A stretch of DNA of 56,174 nucleotides, taken from an uncultured virus (IMG/VR IMGVR_UViG_3300027906_000005) (taxonomy: Duplodnaviria > Heunggongvirae > Uroviricota > Caudoviricetes). Position 1 is the stretch's first letter. Every line of letters begins with the position of its first letter. Made by a program: the position numbers and the translations under genes. Below are positions 27,301 through 36,415 of the stretch, one piece after another. The stretch lies in IMG/VR virus record IMGVR_UViG_3300027906_000005, one strand, 5' to 3'. Below the pieces are notes generated by a model. The model was not told where the DNA came from, did no database searches, and saw nothing but the letters and a program-made list of their open reading frames with translations.

Positions 27301-29498
27301 CTGTATTCCGTGTAATTACAATAAGTAATCAACCAACAGATCAAAACCCAATTGCTCCAGCAGCTGCAACATTCACTACTGCTGGTTCTACTCTGGATGC
27401 TGCAACAGTTACATTCCAGTGGCAGAAGTCAGAGAATGGTGATGGAGTTAATTATGCAGCTATAGGTGGTGCTACTTCAGCATCATATAATACTGGTTCT
27501 ACTACGTATGATGATAGTTACGGCGATTACTATCGTTGTGTATTGTCTGCTACGGGAGCATCAAACGTAATCAGTTCTGTTGCTCGGAGTTTAGTACAAA
27601 GAACTATTAACATTACTGCACAACCAACTAATACAACTGGTGCAGTTGGTGGTACAGAATCATTTGGTGTTACTGCAAATACATCTGATGATGACGCTGG
27701 AGATATCACATATCAGTGGCAGGTCTCGATTACAAACGGTGCCTCATGGTCTAATGTTTCTACAGGTAGTGGTGGTACAAGTGCAACATATACTACTGCT
27801 ACATTAACTACAACAGAAGACGGGTACCAATATCGTTGTTTACTTTCTTGCCCAGGAGCAACAACTATACCATCTAATGCAGCTACCTTACAGATTGAAA
27901 CTGTAACAGTTGTAGTATCAACTCAACCAAGTGATGCCACAGTAAATGAAACTTCTACTGCAACATTTACTTGTTTAGGTGATGTTACTATGCAACCCGT
28001 TGGTGGTAATGCTGCATCATCTTCATTCGATACAGAATCCTTTGCTACTCCAACAGGAGGAGGTGGAGGAGGATTTGAAGGTCAATCTCACCATGAACCT
28101 TCGGTAACATATCAATGGGAGAAGTCAGATGATTCTGGTGCTAACTGGAGTACAGTTGCAGGAGCAACTAGTGCATCATATACAACTGCTGCTACAGTCT
28201 ATGCCAATGACCATGACGATCAATACCGTTGTAAGTTAGATGCTACTGGAGCTGCTGCTTCTGCATATACAAATGCTGCAACTCTGACCGTACAAAGAAC
28301 ATTTACAATCACTTCACAACCATCGAACGTAACCGCAAACGAAGGTGCAACCGCATCATTTGCAGTTACATCCTCATCAAGTAGTGGAACTCCAACGTAT
28401 CAGTGGCAGAGATCTGATGACAATGGTTCCAACTATAGTAATGTAACAGGAGGGACAGGTCAGACTGCTGCTTCATATACAACTCCTAATTTAGTATTCT
28501 ATTCATCTAGTATTGTAGATGATGACTCTGACAGATATCAATGTGTGGTATCTCTTGCTGGATCTGCAGCTGCACAGACATCTACATTTGCATTATTAAC
28601 AGTATTACGTGTCATAACTATTTCAGTACAACCAGCATCACTGGCTGTTATTGAAGGACAGACTGCAACCTTTAGTGTTTCTGCTGCAATTACTAGTGGA
28701 GTTATTTCATATCAATGGCAGAAGTCAGATGATGATGGTGCTAACTGGAGTGCTATTGCGGGAGCAAATCTCTCAACATATACAACACCAGTAACAACTT
28801 ATCCAATAAGTCCAAATGCACAGTACCGTTGCGTCTTGTCAAATGCAAATGCAACAACTCTTGTATCTTCAGTCGCTGTATTAACAGTTAATGAATCTGA
28901 GTTTGTATCTACTCCTACATCAGTAACACCATTTATTGATACTGATACTAATAGAACACTCTCAAGACAACCCACTATTACTACAGGAGCGTTTGTTTCT
29001 GAGTATGCTGGATCAACTCACTTCTCCTCATTCTGGAGAATCAGAAGAGTTAGTGATAACGTTACTGTATATGATACGATTAATTCATTTGCTAATGGTG
29101 ATACAGGTAATAAGACTAGCTTTACTGTACCTGCTGCGACTCTAGAATTTGATACTGCATACGCAATACAAGTTAAGTTTAGAGATAACTCAGGACTTGA
29201 AAGTGCTTATACCTCAGCAGTAAACTTTACTACACCATTCGTTGACCAACCTGATATTCAAACAATCACACCTGCATTTAACCCAACAGTTAATGTTAAT
29301 GCGATTGCATTGAAGGCTGGATATCAACACTCATCTAGTGACTGGCAGTTTGCTGAAGCAGATACTTTCGCTACTATTGTTCACCAATCACTTGGTAACT
29401 CAATCAACCTACTCACTTATACTCTTCCTGGTGCTGTTAACCTTAGTGCTAACACTACATATTATGTAAGAATAAGATTCAACGTTAATCCTACCTAA
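24360..29498 (+). CDS. S8 (subtilisin-like) serine protease with cupredoxin-like insert and six Ig-like repeats
   Basis: Catalytic Asp (IYVIDTG, 25182), His (NGHGTYCA, 25359), oxyanion Asn (SAGN) and Ser (NGTSFSAP, 26013); six 'QP...(Y/F)QW...Y(R/Q)C' Ig-like units at about 26995-28890. Confidence 0.85.
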   Translation: MKRVVVRVADNYSLDSAVAGILEIYSFLTFKASYRSFSIISFDCPEKNEDGLIEKLRALSVVKKATWDSAKFACDPIPDSSILSISTSGTTSLNTTGETNVSANTRNLTGSGTGTIYVKVQNISGQNYYTFASSLGGTYSRFSNQTGFLQGATYTFDQSDASNSGHPLRFSITPDGAHTTGGVIYSGGVTVSGTPGNAGASTEIVIGTSTPSILYYYCTAHSGMGRFRISPDGFGTVNVHDYWHLDRITKQDRQYLNRTFSYNQSGDGVDIYVIDTGVRGASRPTGNNAALHPELYDPDFVSDFNGVSEQQNYRVYEVGGYTSPYSTNEDDNGHGTYCAITSAGRTAGVARNAKIYALKAFNSTLSGTYTDILGAYQAVIDHNDSGHANYKGNNRPAIINASFGPTIPTQTYPYVELNDAGDDSGTDEEILDDIEGTISTTNKVIVVRSAGNGFKNSSDQFAGPIQTKCIAGSRTAGYADNATGGINTVDVDQNKICVGATEYNDRWADFSNYGAGVTTVAPGAKILTPAYDWTANTPYTSSGNYTTINGTSFSAPIVTGVIATWASKNGYSLTTNNIAGLAKAFIRDNGAAGDITKSGNTNYPINSIEDKKLIDNPFETTNGSDYLIVKFNPADSAHFLGNVGKKCQLRTTGSTGAMTVGGIDVAALSQSGWLTIQAESAVNNSITVQNGSNATAGTTGGGSNNYLALIDPEGRTHESGDGVVSTSTTLRSQTDTQEAAGTGTYTNVIYYPLDSGVDFNYADTTAILTGKRGVFFPYIDTNVTWATGAGSIGGPFANGASVSIDLGLAGTTFANEPTLEAYTLSGDSIAASGLGLDSATGLLSGTVTSNYLDTTFNFTVTENTTQNARSYSFITTGTGVLVTITQQPSAASVEAGSGNTATFGPVSGISSDGSTITYQWEYSTNGGAGWSALSNGGGYSNVTTNTLTVDDDFVKNTYQFRCKLDTATAVQPSYTDAVILTVFRVITISNQPTDQNPIAPAAATFTTAGSTLDAATVTFQWQKSENGDGVNYAAIGGATSASYNTGSTTYDDSYGDYYRCVLSATGASNVISSVARSLVQRTINITAQPTNTTGAVGGTESFGVTANTSDDDAGDITYQWQVSITNGASWSNVSTGSGGTSATYTTATLTTTEDGYQYRCLLSCPGATTIPSNAATLQIETVTVVVSTQPSDATVNETSTATFTCLGDVTMQPVGGNAASSSFDTESFATPTGGGGGGFEGQSHHEPSVTYQWEKSDDSGANWSTVAGATSASYTTAATVYANDHDDQYRCKLDATGAAASAYTNAATLTVQRTFTITSQPSNVTANEGATASFAVTSSSSSGTPTYQWQRSDDNGSNYSNVTGGTGQTAASYTTPNLVFYSSSIVDDDSDRYQCVVSLAGSAAAQTSTFALLTVLRVITISVQPASLAVIEGQTATFSVSAAITSGVISYQWQKSDDDGANWSAIAGANLSTYTTPVTTYPISPNAQYRCVLSNANATTLVSSVAVLTVNESEFVSTPTSVTPFIDTDTNRTLSRQPTITTGAFVSEYAGSTHFSSFWRIRRVSDNVTVYDTINSFANGDTGNKTSFTVPAATLEFDTAYAIQVKFRDNSGLESAYTSAVNFTTPFVDQPDIQTITPAFNPTVNVNAIALKAGYQHSSSDWQFAEADTFATIVHQSLGNSINLLTYTLPGAVNLSANTTYYVRIRFNVNPT

Positions 29499-29499
29499 C

Positions 29500-30315
29500 A
29501 TGGCCAAACCTTCTTCCAAGCAGGGACTGGTTGACTACGCTCTACGTCAAAACGGTGCTCCTGTCCTAGAAATTAATATCGAAGATGATCAATTAGATGA
29601 TCTAGTGGATGACGCTATTCAATTTTATAATGAACGTAATGGTGATGGTTATATAAGAACCCACGTGAAGATTAAGTGGAGTGAAGCCATGCGTGAGAAC
29701 ATGGTTACTGATAATACCACTACTATTGCAGATGGTACCTCTAATTCTTTAGCGGTTTCTTACTTAGAGCAAAATAATTATGTGAAGATGCCTGAGCATG
29801 TCACTAGTGTCATTAAGGTATTCCCATTCGTATCTAAGAATGTAACAAACTTATTTGATGTTCGTTATCAGTGGAGACTTAACGACCTTTGGGATTTAAC
29901 TAACACAGAGATTTTGACCTATGAAATGGTCAACCGTAGACTAGAAGATATCTACTTCTTATTGGAAGGACAGAAGCAGACTAGATTCCAGTTGAGAGGA
30001 AACAAGCTTTACTTAGATCTTGACTGGAAGACTGATGTTAATACAGATGACTTCTTAGTTCTTGAATGCTATCGTGCCATAGATCCAACTGTTGATACTG
30101 ATGTATACAATGATTTGTGGATGAAGCGTTATGTAACTGCACTAGTTAAAAGACAGTGGGGTTCAAACCTTATTAAATTCCAAGGTGCTCAATTACCTGG
30201 TGGTATTACTATGAATGGTGAATTCATTTATAGAGAAGGTAAAGAAGCAGTTGAAAAACTTGAAGATGAAATGCTCACGATTTATGAGACACCACCGCTT
30301 GACATGATAGGATGA
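29500..30315 (+). CDS. g13: Neck protein gp13
   Basis: 'LRQNGAPVLEINI..DQL', 'KRQWGSNLIKFQGAQLPGGITMNG'; first gene of the T4 neck/tail block. Confidence 0.9.
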   Translation: MAKPSSKQGLVDYALRQNGAPVLEINIEDDQLDDLVDDAIQFYNERNGDGYIRTHVKIKWSEAMRENMVTDNTTTIADGTSNSLAVSYLEQNNYVKMPEHVTSVIKVFPFVSKNVTNLFDVRYQWRLNDLWDLTNTEILTYEMVNRRLEDIYFLLEGQKQTRFQLRGNKLYLDLDWKTDVNTDDFLVLECYRAIDPTVDTDVYNDLWMKRYVTALVKRQWGSNLIKFQGAQLPGGITMNGEFIYREGKEAVEKLEDEMLTIYETPPLDMIG

Positions 30316-31652
30316 GGAATACTTACTTCACCCACGGTACAAGGAATGAACAGTTCCTTTTACAGAATATTGTGGAGGAACATCTCAAGATGTTTGGGAT
30401 GGATGTTCTATATTGTCCAAGGAAACTGGTTCAAAAGGATGGAGTTTTCAACGAAGAGGTAATCTCTGAGTTTGATGACTCTTATATTATAGAAGCTTAC
30501 TTAGAGAATCCAGAAGGGTTTGGTGGTAACGGAGATTTACTAACTAAGTTTGGTATAAGACAGACTGATGAGATAACGATGGTTATTTCACAGCAAAGAT
30601 TTTCAGATTTTATTTCCCAGTTTTTACTTCTTGATCAAGGTAAGACTGTTGAAGTGGCAGAGAGACCACAAGAAGGAGACTTAATATATTTCCCTATTAC
30701 ATCTAACTACTTTGAAATTAAGTTTGTAGAACATGAAGAACCCTTCTACCAGTTAGGTAAAGGGTATGTTTATAAACTCAAATGTGAGCTCTTCGAGTAC
30801 AGCGATGAGCAGGGTGATCTATTCGAGGATGATGAAACTCTCGTCGATTACGGTTACACAGTCAAGCATTACTACCTTACTACTAATGGTACAACTGCTA
30901 CAGGAACAACTGTTCTTGATTCAGGTGCAGTTAGTCAGGTATTGATACAAGACAATGGAACCAAGTATAATGAAACTCCTACTATCACCATTGGTGGGGA
31001 TGGTACTGGAGCAACAGCAGCTGCATATATGGTGAACATCACAGTTAGTGGTGGATCTCCAACCTCATCTGCTGTCATAAGAGCAACAGTTAAACAAGGT
31101 GAAATTAGATCTGTTACTATCACAGATGGTGGTTCTGGTTATGATGAGGATAGAGCAGTCTTACAGATAACTGATCCTGATTCTGGTGGAAGAGCAGCAA
31201 CCTTAAGTCCAACATTTACTAATGGTGTACTTACCGCTATCAATATTCTTAACGGTGGTTCTGAATATAGAAGTGTTAAATTGGTTGATGTTACTGCTGG
31301 AGGTTCGGGTTATACTACTTCTACTGCTACATTTACTGCAGCACCTACAGGACTCACTGGGACGTTTACCGTACCAGAACAGGTTACTGGTGGTACTACT
31401 GGGGCAACTGCTCAGATGGTTGAGTGGGATGCACAGGAAGGTTGGATTAAATTGAAGTCACCAACTGCTACCTTTGCAATAGGTGAAACTATCATGGGAT
31501 CAACCTCTGGTGCTACTATGGTCCTAGATAGTAGGAACGAAATGGCAACTACTGATACTAAATATTCTGATAGTGTCACATTTGAAACTGTAGCTGACGA
31601 CATCATTGACTTCAGTGAAGGAAACCCATTTGGATTAGCAGGTAACTTATAA
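30312..31652 (+). CDS. g14: Neck protein gp14 with inserted GSGY beta domains
   Basis: 'FGMDVLYCPR', 'RPQEGDLIYFP...FEIKFVEHEEPFYQLGK', C-terminal 'DFSEGNPFG'. Confidence 0.9.
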   Translation: MRNTYFTHGTRNEQFLLQNIVEEHLKMFGMDVLYCPRKLVQKDGVFNEEVISEFDDSYIIEAYLENPEGFGGNGDLLTKFGIRQTDEITMVISQQRFSDFISQFLLLDQGKTVEVAERPQEGDLIYFPITSNYFEIKFVEHEEPFYQLGKGYVYKLKCELFEYSDEQGDLFEDDETLVDYGYTVKHYYLTTNGTTATGTTVLDSGAVSQVLIQDNGTKYNETPTITIGGDGTGATAAAYMVNITVSGGSPTSSAVIRATVKQGEIRSVTITDGGSGYDEDRAVLQITDPDSGGRAATLSPTFTNGVLTAINILNGGSEYRSVKLVDVTAGGSGYTTSTATFTAAPTGLTGTFTVPEQVTGGTTGATAQMVEWDAQEGWIKLKSPTATFAIGETIMGSTSGATMVLDSRNEMATTDTKYSDSVTFETVADDIIDFSEGNPFGLAGNL

Positions 31653-32653
31653 TGCTAGGTGCATACACATACAATAAGATTATTAGAAAGTGCGTTATTG
31701 GATTCGGTACTCTCTTTAATAATATAGAAGTTCGTAAGGAAAACAAGGATGGTTCTGTTTATAGCAGAATGAAAGTTCCTCTTGCTTACGGTCCTCGACA
31801 GAAATTTTTAGCAAGATTAGAACAGCAAGCAGATCTTAATCAGAAGGTTGCTATTACTGTTCCCCGTTTAGCATTTGAGATGACGGGAATTAGTTATGAT
31901 GGTTCAAGGAAACTGGCACCGACCACCATGATCCTCAAAGGTGATGGAAACAATTCAGTAAAGAAACAGATGACACCTGTTCCTTATAATATTGAATTTG
32001 AATTGAATGTTATCTCTAAAACTAATGATGAGTCTCTTGAGATTATGGAACAGATTCTACCAGTCTTTCAACCGTCATATAATATGACTCTAAAGATGGT
32101 AGATGATATGTCCGACTACAGGGATATACCAATCATACTAAACAGTGTTTCTTATAGTGATGATTATGAGGGAACTTTCGATGATAGAAAGATAACTCTA
32201 ATCACAATGAACTTCACTGTTAAGTCATACATCTTTGGACCTGTTGGTACTCAAGGACCAATCAAGAAAGCAAAAGTCGATATCGCTACCGATTCCAAGA
32301 TCACAGCTACAAGACAGATTGCTTATCAGGTTACACCAAAGGCACTTACAGACAAAGACAAGGATGGTACTACAGAACTTGCAGGTGCTATCACCGCAAG
32401 AAATCTCAGTATCGAGGTCGCAGACTACAGCAACATTCCTACTCAATCTTACATTGAAATTGGTAATGAAGTATTCTATGTCAAGAGTAAGACCTCACCA
32501 AACAAACTATCTGTACGTAGAGCACAGAATGGAACCACTGCTGCAGCTGCAGTTGCTGGTACTAAGGTAGATCTAATAGATGCTACTGATGATGCACTAC
32601 TGACATCTGGTGATGACTTTGGATTTAGCGAAACTACATCTTATTATGAATGA
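31652..32653 (+). CDS. g15: Tail sheath stabiliser/terminator gp15
   Basis: 'FGTLFNNI', 'KVPLAYGPRQKFLARL', 'PVPYNIEFEL', 'EQILPVFQP'. Confidence 0.9.
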   Translation: MLGAYTYNKIIRKCVIGFGTLFNNIEVRKENKDGSVYSRMKVPLAYGPRQKFLARLEQQADLNQKVAITVPRLAFEMTGISYDGSRKLAPTTMILKGDGNNSVKKQMTPVPYNIEFELNVISKTNDESLEIMEQILPVFQPSYNMTLKMVDDMSDYRDIPIILNSVSYSDDYEGTFDDRKITLITMNFTVKSYIFGPVGTQGPIKKAKVDIATDSKITATRQIAYQVTPKALTDKDKDGTTELAGAITARNLSIEVADYSNIPTQSYIEIGNEVFYVKSKTSPNKLSVRRAQNGTTAAAAVAGTKVDLIDATDDALLTSGDDFGFSETTSYYE

Positions 32654-33086
32654 TGATACAACTGGTTTAGATAAAGCCTTCGAGACTGTGGAAGCAGTCG
32701 TTACTGAAGTTAGTGCTACACCTGAAGGTGGGTGTAGTACAAGAAAAGATCAACTTAAAAAAGTTGATGGTAAGGATGAAGTACAGGATGATTATGAATA
32801 CGCACGAGGAAACCTTTACCTATTGGTGGATAAGGGACAAGAAGCTGTCAACGGTGCTCTTGATTTGGCTATGTCTTCTGATCACCCTAGAGCATATGAA
32901 GTTGCTGGACAACTCATCAAGCATGTAGGTGATGTAGCAGACAAATTAATGACACTCCAGAAGGACAGAAAATCTGTCAAAGAAGAGAGTGCTAAGAAGG
33001 TAGTTACTAACAACTCTTTGTTTGTTGGTAGTACCGCAGATCTCCAGAAGATGCTAAAAAACGCATCTAAGGAAAACGATAAATAG
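32646..33086 (+). CDS. g16: Terminase small subunit gp16
   Basis: 'DDYEYARGNL', 'HPRAYEVAGQLIK', 'NNSLFVGSTADLQKML'; the probable start MNDDTTG overlaps the g15 end. Confidence 0.9.
   Translation: MNDDTTGLDKAFETVEAVVTEVSATPEGGCSTRKDQLKKVDGKDEVQDDYEYARGNLYLLVDKGQEAVNGALDLAMSSDHPRAYEVAGQLIKHVGDVADKLMTLQKDRKSVKEESAKKVVTNNSLFVGSTADLQKMLKNASKENDK
33078..33085 (+). promoter_or_regulatory. Late promoter variant GATAAATA
   Basis: Immediately upstream of the ATG at 33091. Confidence 0.55.
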
Positions 33087-33090
33087 TCAC

Positions 33091-33348
33091 ATGGCATACC
33101 AAAGAAACGACGAAAACTGTGATCCCGTAGATCCACAACCAGGCAGTACAACTGTCAACTGGTTCAGTGGTAATGAAGGATGGTCTACTAAGACCTTCAA
33201 GAATTGGAACGCAGACTATCAAGCTCGTAATACTGACAATTCTGCTAGGACACCTGGTACATATCAGGCAAGGAATACTAATAACACTACTAGGACTCCT
33301 GCTGCGTATCAGCGTCATGATAAAGATAACAACGCTGTATCTGCTTAA
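33091..33348 (+). CDS. Small protein with 15-aa YQARNxxN repeats
   Basis: 45-nt period starting at 33217, 33262 and 33307. Confidence 0.65.
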   Translation: MAYQRNDENCDPVDPQPGSTTVNWFSGNEGWSTKTFKNWNADYQARNTDNSARTPGTYQARNTNNTTRTPAAYQRHDKDNNAVSA

Positions 33349-33770
33349 TGGCATCACGTATTCCTACAATGTATGGAAGATACTATGTTCTCACCGTCGT
33401 ATGGCGTGGTAGAGAATATGATATTACTGTGTTTAGAAGTAAGTTGTCAAAACTTATGAGACCCCAAGCACAGAAGATAGCGAATAGTGTTTATCCTGGC
33501 AGTAGGGTTGTTAAGTATCATGAGTCAGATGCTACTGAGGGAACTGTCTTCATGACAACTGAAGAGAAGAAACCCAAGAAGAAAAAGAAACAGAACGTAG
33601 AACTTGATGGTACAAACTATGATTCTGGAAGTTTACCACCAACGATGGGTGGTGCTTTAGGTGAAGACGCACCTCCTGGAAGGGAGAAGCAAGTTAAAGC
33701 TTTAAAAAAGAAAGTCGGAAAGGACAAAGCATACGCATTTGCGTGGGCACAACACAACAAAAAAGAGTAA
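33348..33770 (+). CDS. Hypothetical basic protein, possible head internal protein
   Basis: Coupled start (TAATG); Lys-rich, with LGE-DAPPG resembling a gp21 cleavage site. Confidence 0.5.
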   Translation: MASRIPTMYGRYYVLTVVWRGREYDITVFRSKLSKLMRPQAQKIANSVYPGSRVVKYHESDATEGTVFMTTEEKKPKKKKKQNVELDGTNYDSGSLPPTMGGALGEDAPPGREKQVKALKKKVGKDKAYAFAWAQHNKKE

Positions 33771-33787
33771 CATCACGGACCTATATA

Positions 33788-33949
33788 ATGACAGATTCTC
33801 AACGAATTGGTGAATTGAAAAGCGAACTGACTGTCCTAGAGGCATTCGGGGATTCTACTAGAGCAAAATTGCTCAAGTCTATGCTAGAATATGAGCTACA
33901 AAAAGCGGAGGTCCAACGCCATGACAACTCAACCAGAAGATCGTCTTGA
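33788..33949 (+). CDS. Small hypothetical protein (MTDSQRIG...)
   Basis: In-frame ATG after the previous stop; amphipathic helical sequence. Confidence 0.45.
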   Translation: MTDSQRIGELKSELTVLEAFGDSTRAKLLKSMLEYELQKAEVQRHDNSTRRSS

Positions 33950-34085
33950 ATTCATTTTTGAAGACGAGTACGAAGGCTCAATAGGGTACGACGTACAAGA
34001 TCACAAGTATTCAGTTACGTTGAACCACCGACTGCATTGGTTTGATAGCAGAGAAGAAGCAGAGGAATACCTAGCTAAAGCATAA
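33921..34085 (+). CDS. Small acidic hypothetical protein (MTTQPEDR...)
   Basis: Ends directly before the ATG at 34086; 'WFDSREEAEEYL' motif. Confidence 0.5.
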   Translation: MTTQPEDRLEFIFEDEYEGSIGYDVQDHKYSVTLNHRLHWFDSREEAEEYLAKA

Positions 34086-34664
34086 ATGATTTGTGAAATA
34101 TATGATGATAAATTTGATGCAAAATATCTGCATGAAATTTTTGCTGTTGTCCAAGGAAAGTTAAGATACAGGGCTTGCAACGTTGCAAACAAAGAGACCT
34201 GGCCATATGGGGGAACAGGTAGTCATAGACTATTTGGTTCCTCAATTTTTGCTAGGAGACATCCTAATGTAATTGATTACCTTGACAATGATAATGCTCC
34301 TACATTCTTTAGTATGTTTGAGTTTCTTTGTAGACTAAAAGGTGTCGATAGTAGAAACGTATACTTACAGAGGATAGATGTCAACCTCCAACACTCTGGA
34401 TGTGATGGAACGTTGCACATAGATTCTAATGGACCTGATGATAAACTTAGTCAGACTATAATGGTCATGCCTAACCCTACTTGGAAACAAGAATGGGGCG
34501 GTAAGTTTCAAGTATTTTCTGAGGATAAGTCAGAGATGCTAGAGGAACATGACTATGTTCCTGGAAGAATAATTGTCTTTCCAGCGCATTTACCGCACCG
34601 AGGATTGGGTCCAATGGAGCCACATATGTATAGATACAGTATAGTGTTCGGTGTAATACTTTAA
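34086..34664 (+). CDS. 2OG-Fe(II) oxygenase (prolyl hydroxylase-like)
   Basis: HID, 'W..EWGG.F', 'PGRIIVFP..LPHRG', 'YRYSI'. Confidence 0.85.
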   Translation: MICEIYDDKFDAKYLHEIFAVVQGKLRYRACNVANKETWPYGGTGSHRLFGSSIFARRHPNVIDYLDNDNAPTFFSMFEFLCRLKGVDSRNVYLQRIDVNLQHSGCDGTLHIDSNGPDDKLSQTIMVMPNPTWKQEWGGKFQVFSEDKSEMLEEHDYVPGRIIVFPAHLPHRGLGPMEPHMYRYSIVFGVIL

Positions 34665-36355
34665 TGCCAAGCAACTCATCAGACTATTACTTAGGTAATC
34701 CCAACCTCAAAAAGGTTGGTACTGAGATCCAATTTACACAGGAGCAGATAGAGGAATACCTCAAATGTAAAGCTGATCCTGTATATTTTACTAGGAAGTT
34801 TATAAAGATTATATCTCTTGATGAAGGTATAGTCCCATTTAAGATGTGGGATTTTCAAGAAGATCTGATTAGGAAGTTTCATAATAATAGATTCAATATA
34901 GCAAAGCTACCTCGACAGACTGGTAAGTCTACGACCTCTGTGTCTTACCTACTGCATTATGCTTTGTTCAATGATAATGTTAACATTGGTATTCTTGCAA
35001 ACAAGTTGTCTACTGCTAGAGACTTGCTTGGTAGATTACAGTTAGCATATGAGCAATTGCCTTTGTGGATACAGCAAGGTATTTTGGTCTACAACAAAGG
35101 TTCAATGGAGTTGGAAAATGGATCAAAGATATTGGCAGCTTCTACATCTGCAAGTGCTGTCCGAGGCATGTCGTTCAATATCATTTTCCTCGACGAGTTC
35201 GCCTTTATCCCAAATCATATCGCAGAACAATTCTTTAGTTCTGTTTACCCTACTATTACTTCTGGTACAAAAACCAAAGTCATAATTATATCTACTCCTA
35301 ATGGGATGAACCACTTCTATAAGTTGTGGGTTGATGCACAGAAAAATAGGAATGGATATGTTTGGTCAGAAGTTCATTGGTCTAAAGTTCCAGGGCGAGA
35401 TGCTCAATGGAAAGAACAAACCATTGTAAATACATCGGTTAGACAGTTTACTCAAGAGTTTGAGTGTGAGTTCTTAGGATCAGTTGACACTTTAATTGCT
35501 CCTGCTAAACTGAGAACATTGGTTTACGATGACCCGTTACAGAAGAATGCTGGATTAGATGTTTATGAGAATCCTATTAGCGATCATGACTATATCATAT
35601 GTGTTGACGTATCTCGTGGTCTATCACAGGATTACTCTGCCTTTGTAGTTATTGATATAACTGAAGCTCCGTGGAAATTGGTAGCAAAGTATAGGAGTAA
35701 TGAGATTAGACCTATGCTATTCCCTAATATTATATACAACGTAGGTACGAATTATAATAACGCACATATATTAATAGAGGTTAATGACATTGGAGAAGCA
35801 GTTGCTTCAAGTCTATTCTATGATATTGAATATGAAAATGTTCTCATGTGTGCTATGAGAGGTCGCGCAGGTCAGATAGTTGGTCAGGGATTCTCAGGTA
35901 CTAAGACACAGATGGGTGTCAAGATGAGTAAGACAGTTAAGGCACAAGGTTGCTCTAACCTGAAGCACTTAATAGAAGATGATAAGTTACTTGTTAAGGA
36001 TTATAACATTGTTGCTGAACTGACTACATTCATTCAGAACAAACAATCCTTTGAAGCAGATGAGGGATATAATGATGACCTTGTGATGTGTTTGGTTATC
36101 TTTGCATGGTTAGTACAGCAAGAATACTTCAAGGAAATGACGGATCAGGACATCCGTAAGAGAATATATGATGAACAGAAGCATCAGATAGAACAAGACA
36201 TGGCTCCGTTTGGTTTTATTGATGATGGATTAGAGGATGATAAGATTATTGATGAGGAAGGAAATATCTGGACCATCGATATGAATGAGAAAGATCCAGA
36301 GAATTGGAGAGTTGATGAGTATGGTGATAAGTCTTTTATGTGGGAGTATCGCTGA
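34664..36355 (+). CDS. g17: Terminase large subunit gp17
   Basis: 'YLGNPNLKK', Walker A 'PRQTGKS', Walker B 'IIFLDEFAF', nuclease 'DVSRG..QDYSAF' and 'NDDLVM'. Confidence 0.97.
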   Translation: MPSNSSDYYLGNPNLKKVGTEIQFTQEQIEEYLKCKADPVYFTRKFIKIISLDEGIVPFKMWDFQEDLIRKFHNNRFNIAKLPRQTGKSTTSVSYLLHYALFNDNVNIGILANKLSTARDLLGRLQLAYEQLPLWIQQGILVYNKGSMELENGSKILAASTSASAVRGMSFNIIFLDEFAFIPNHIAEQFFSSVYPTITSGTKTKVIIISTPNGMNHFYKLWVDAQKNRNGYVWSEVHWSKVPGRDAQWKEQTIVNTSVRQFTQEFECEFLGSVDTLIAPAKLRTLVYDDPLQKNAGLDVYENPISDHDYIICVDVSRGLSQDYSAFVVIDITEAPWKLVAKYRSNEIRPMLFPNIIYNVGTNYNNAHILIEVNDIGEAVASSLFYDIEYENVLMCAMRGRAGQIVGQGFSGTKTQMGVKMSKTVKAQGCSNLKHLIEDDKLLVKDYNIVAELTTFIQNKQSFEADEGYNDDLVMCLVIFAWLVQQEYFKEMTDQDIRKRIYDEQKHQIEQDMAPFGFIDDGLEDDKIIDEEGNIWTIDMNEKDPENWRVDEYGDKSFMWEYR

Positions 36356-36368
36356 AGAAGTACCTTTT

Positions 36369-36376
36369 GATAAATA
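36369..36376 (+). promoter_or_regulatory. Late promoter variant GATAAATA
   Basis: Intergenic, upstream of the g18 RBS (AGGAG). Confidence 0.65.
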
Positions 36377-36415
36377 ATTTTAGGAAAAAATGATTATTTC
36401 ATCAGGAGTAAACGC

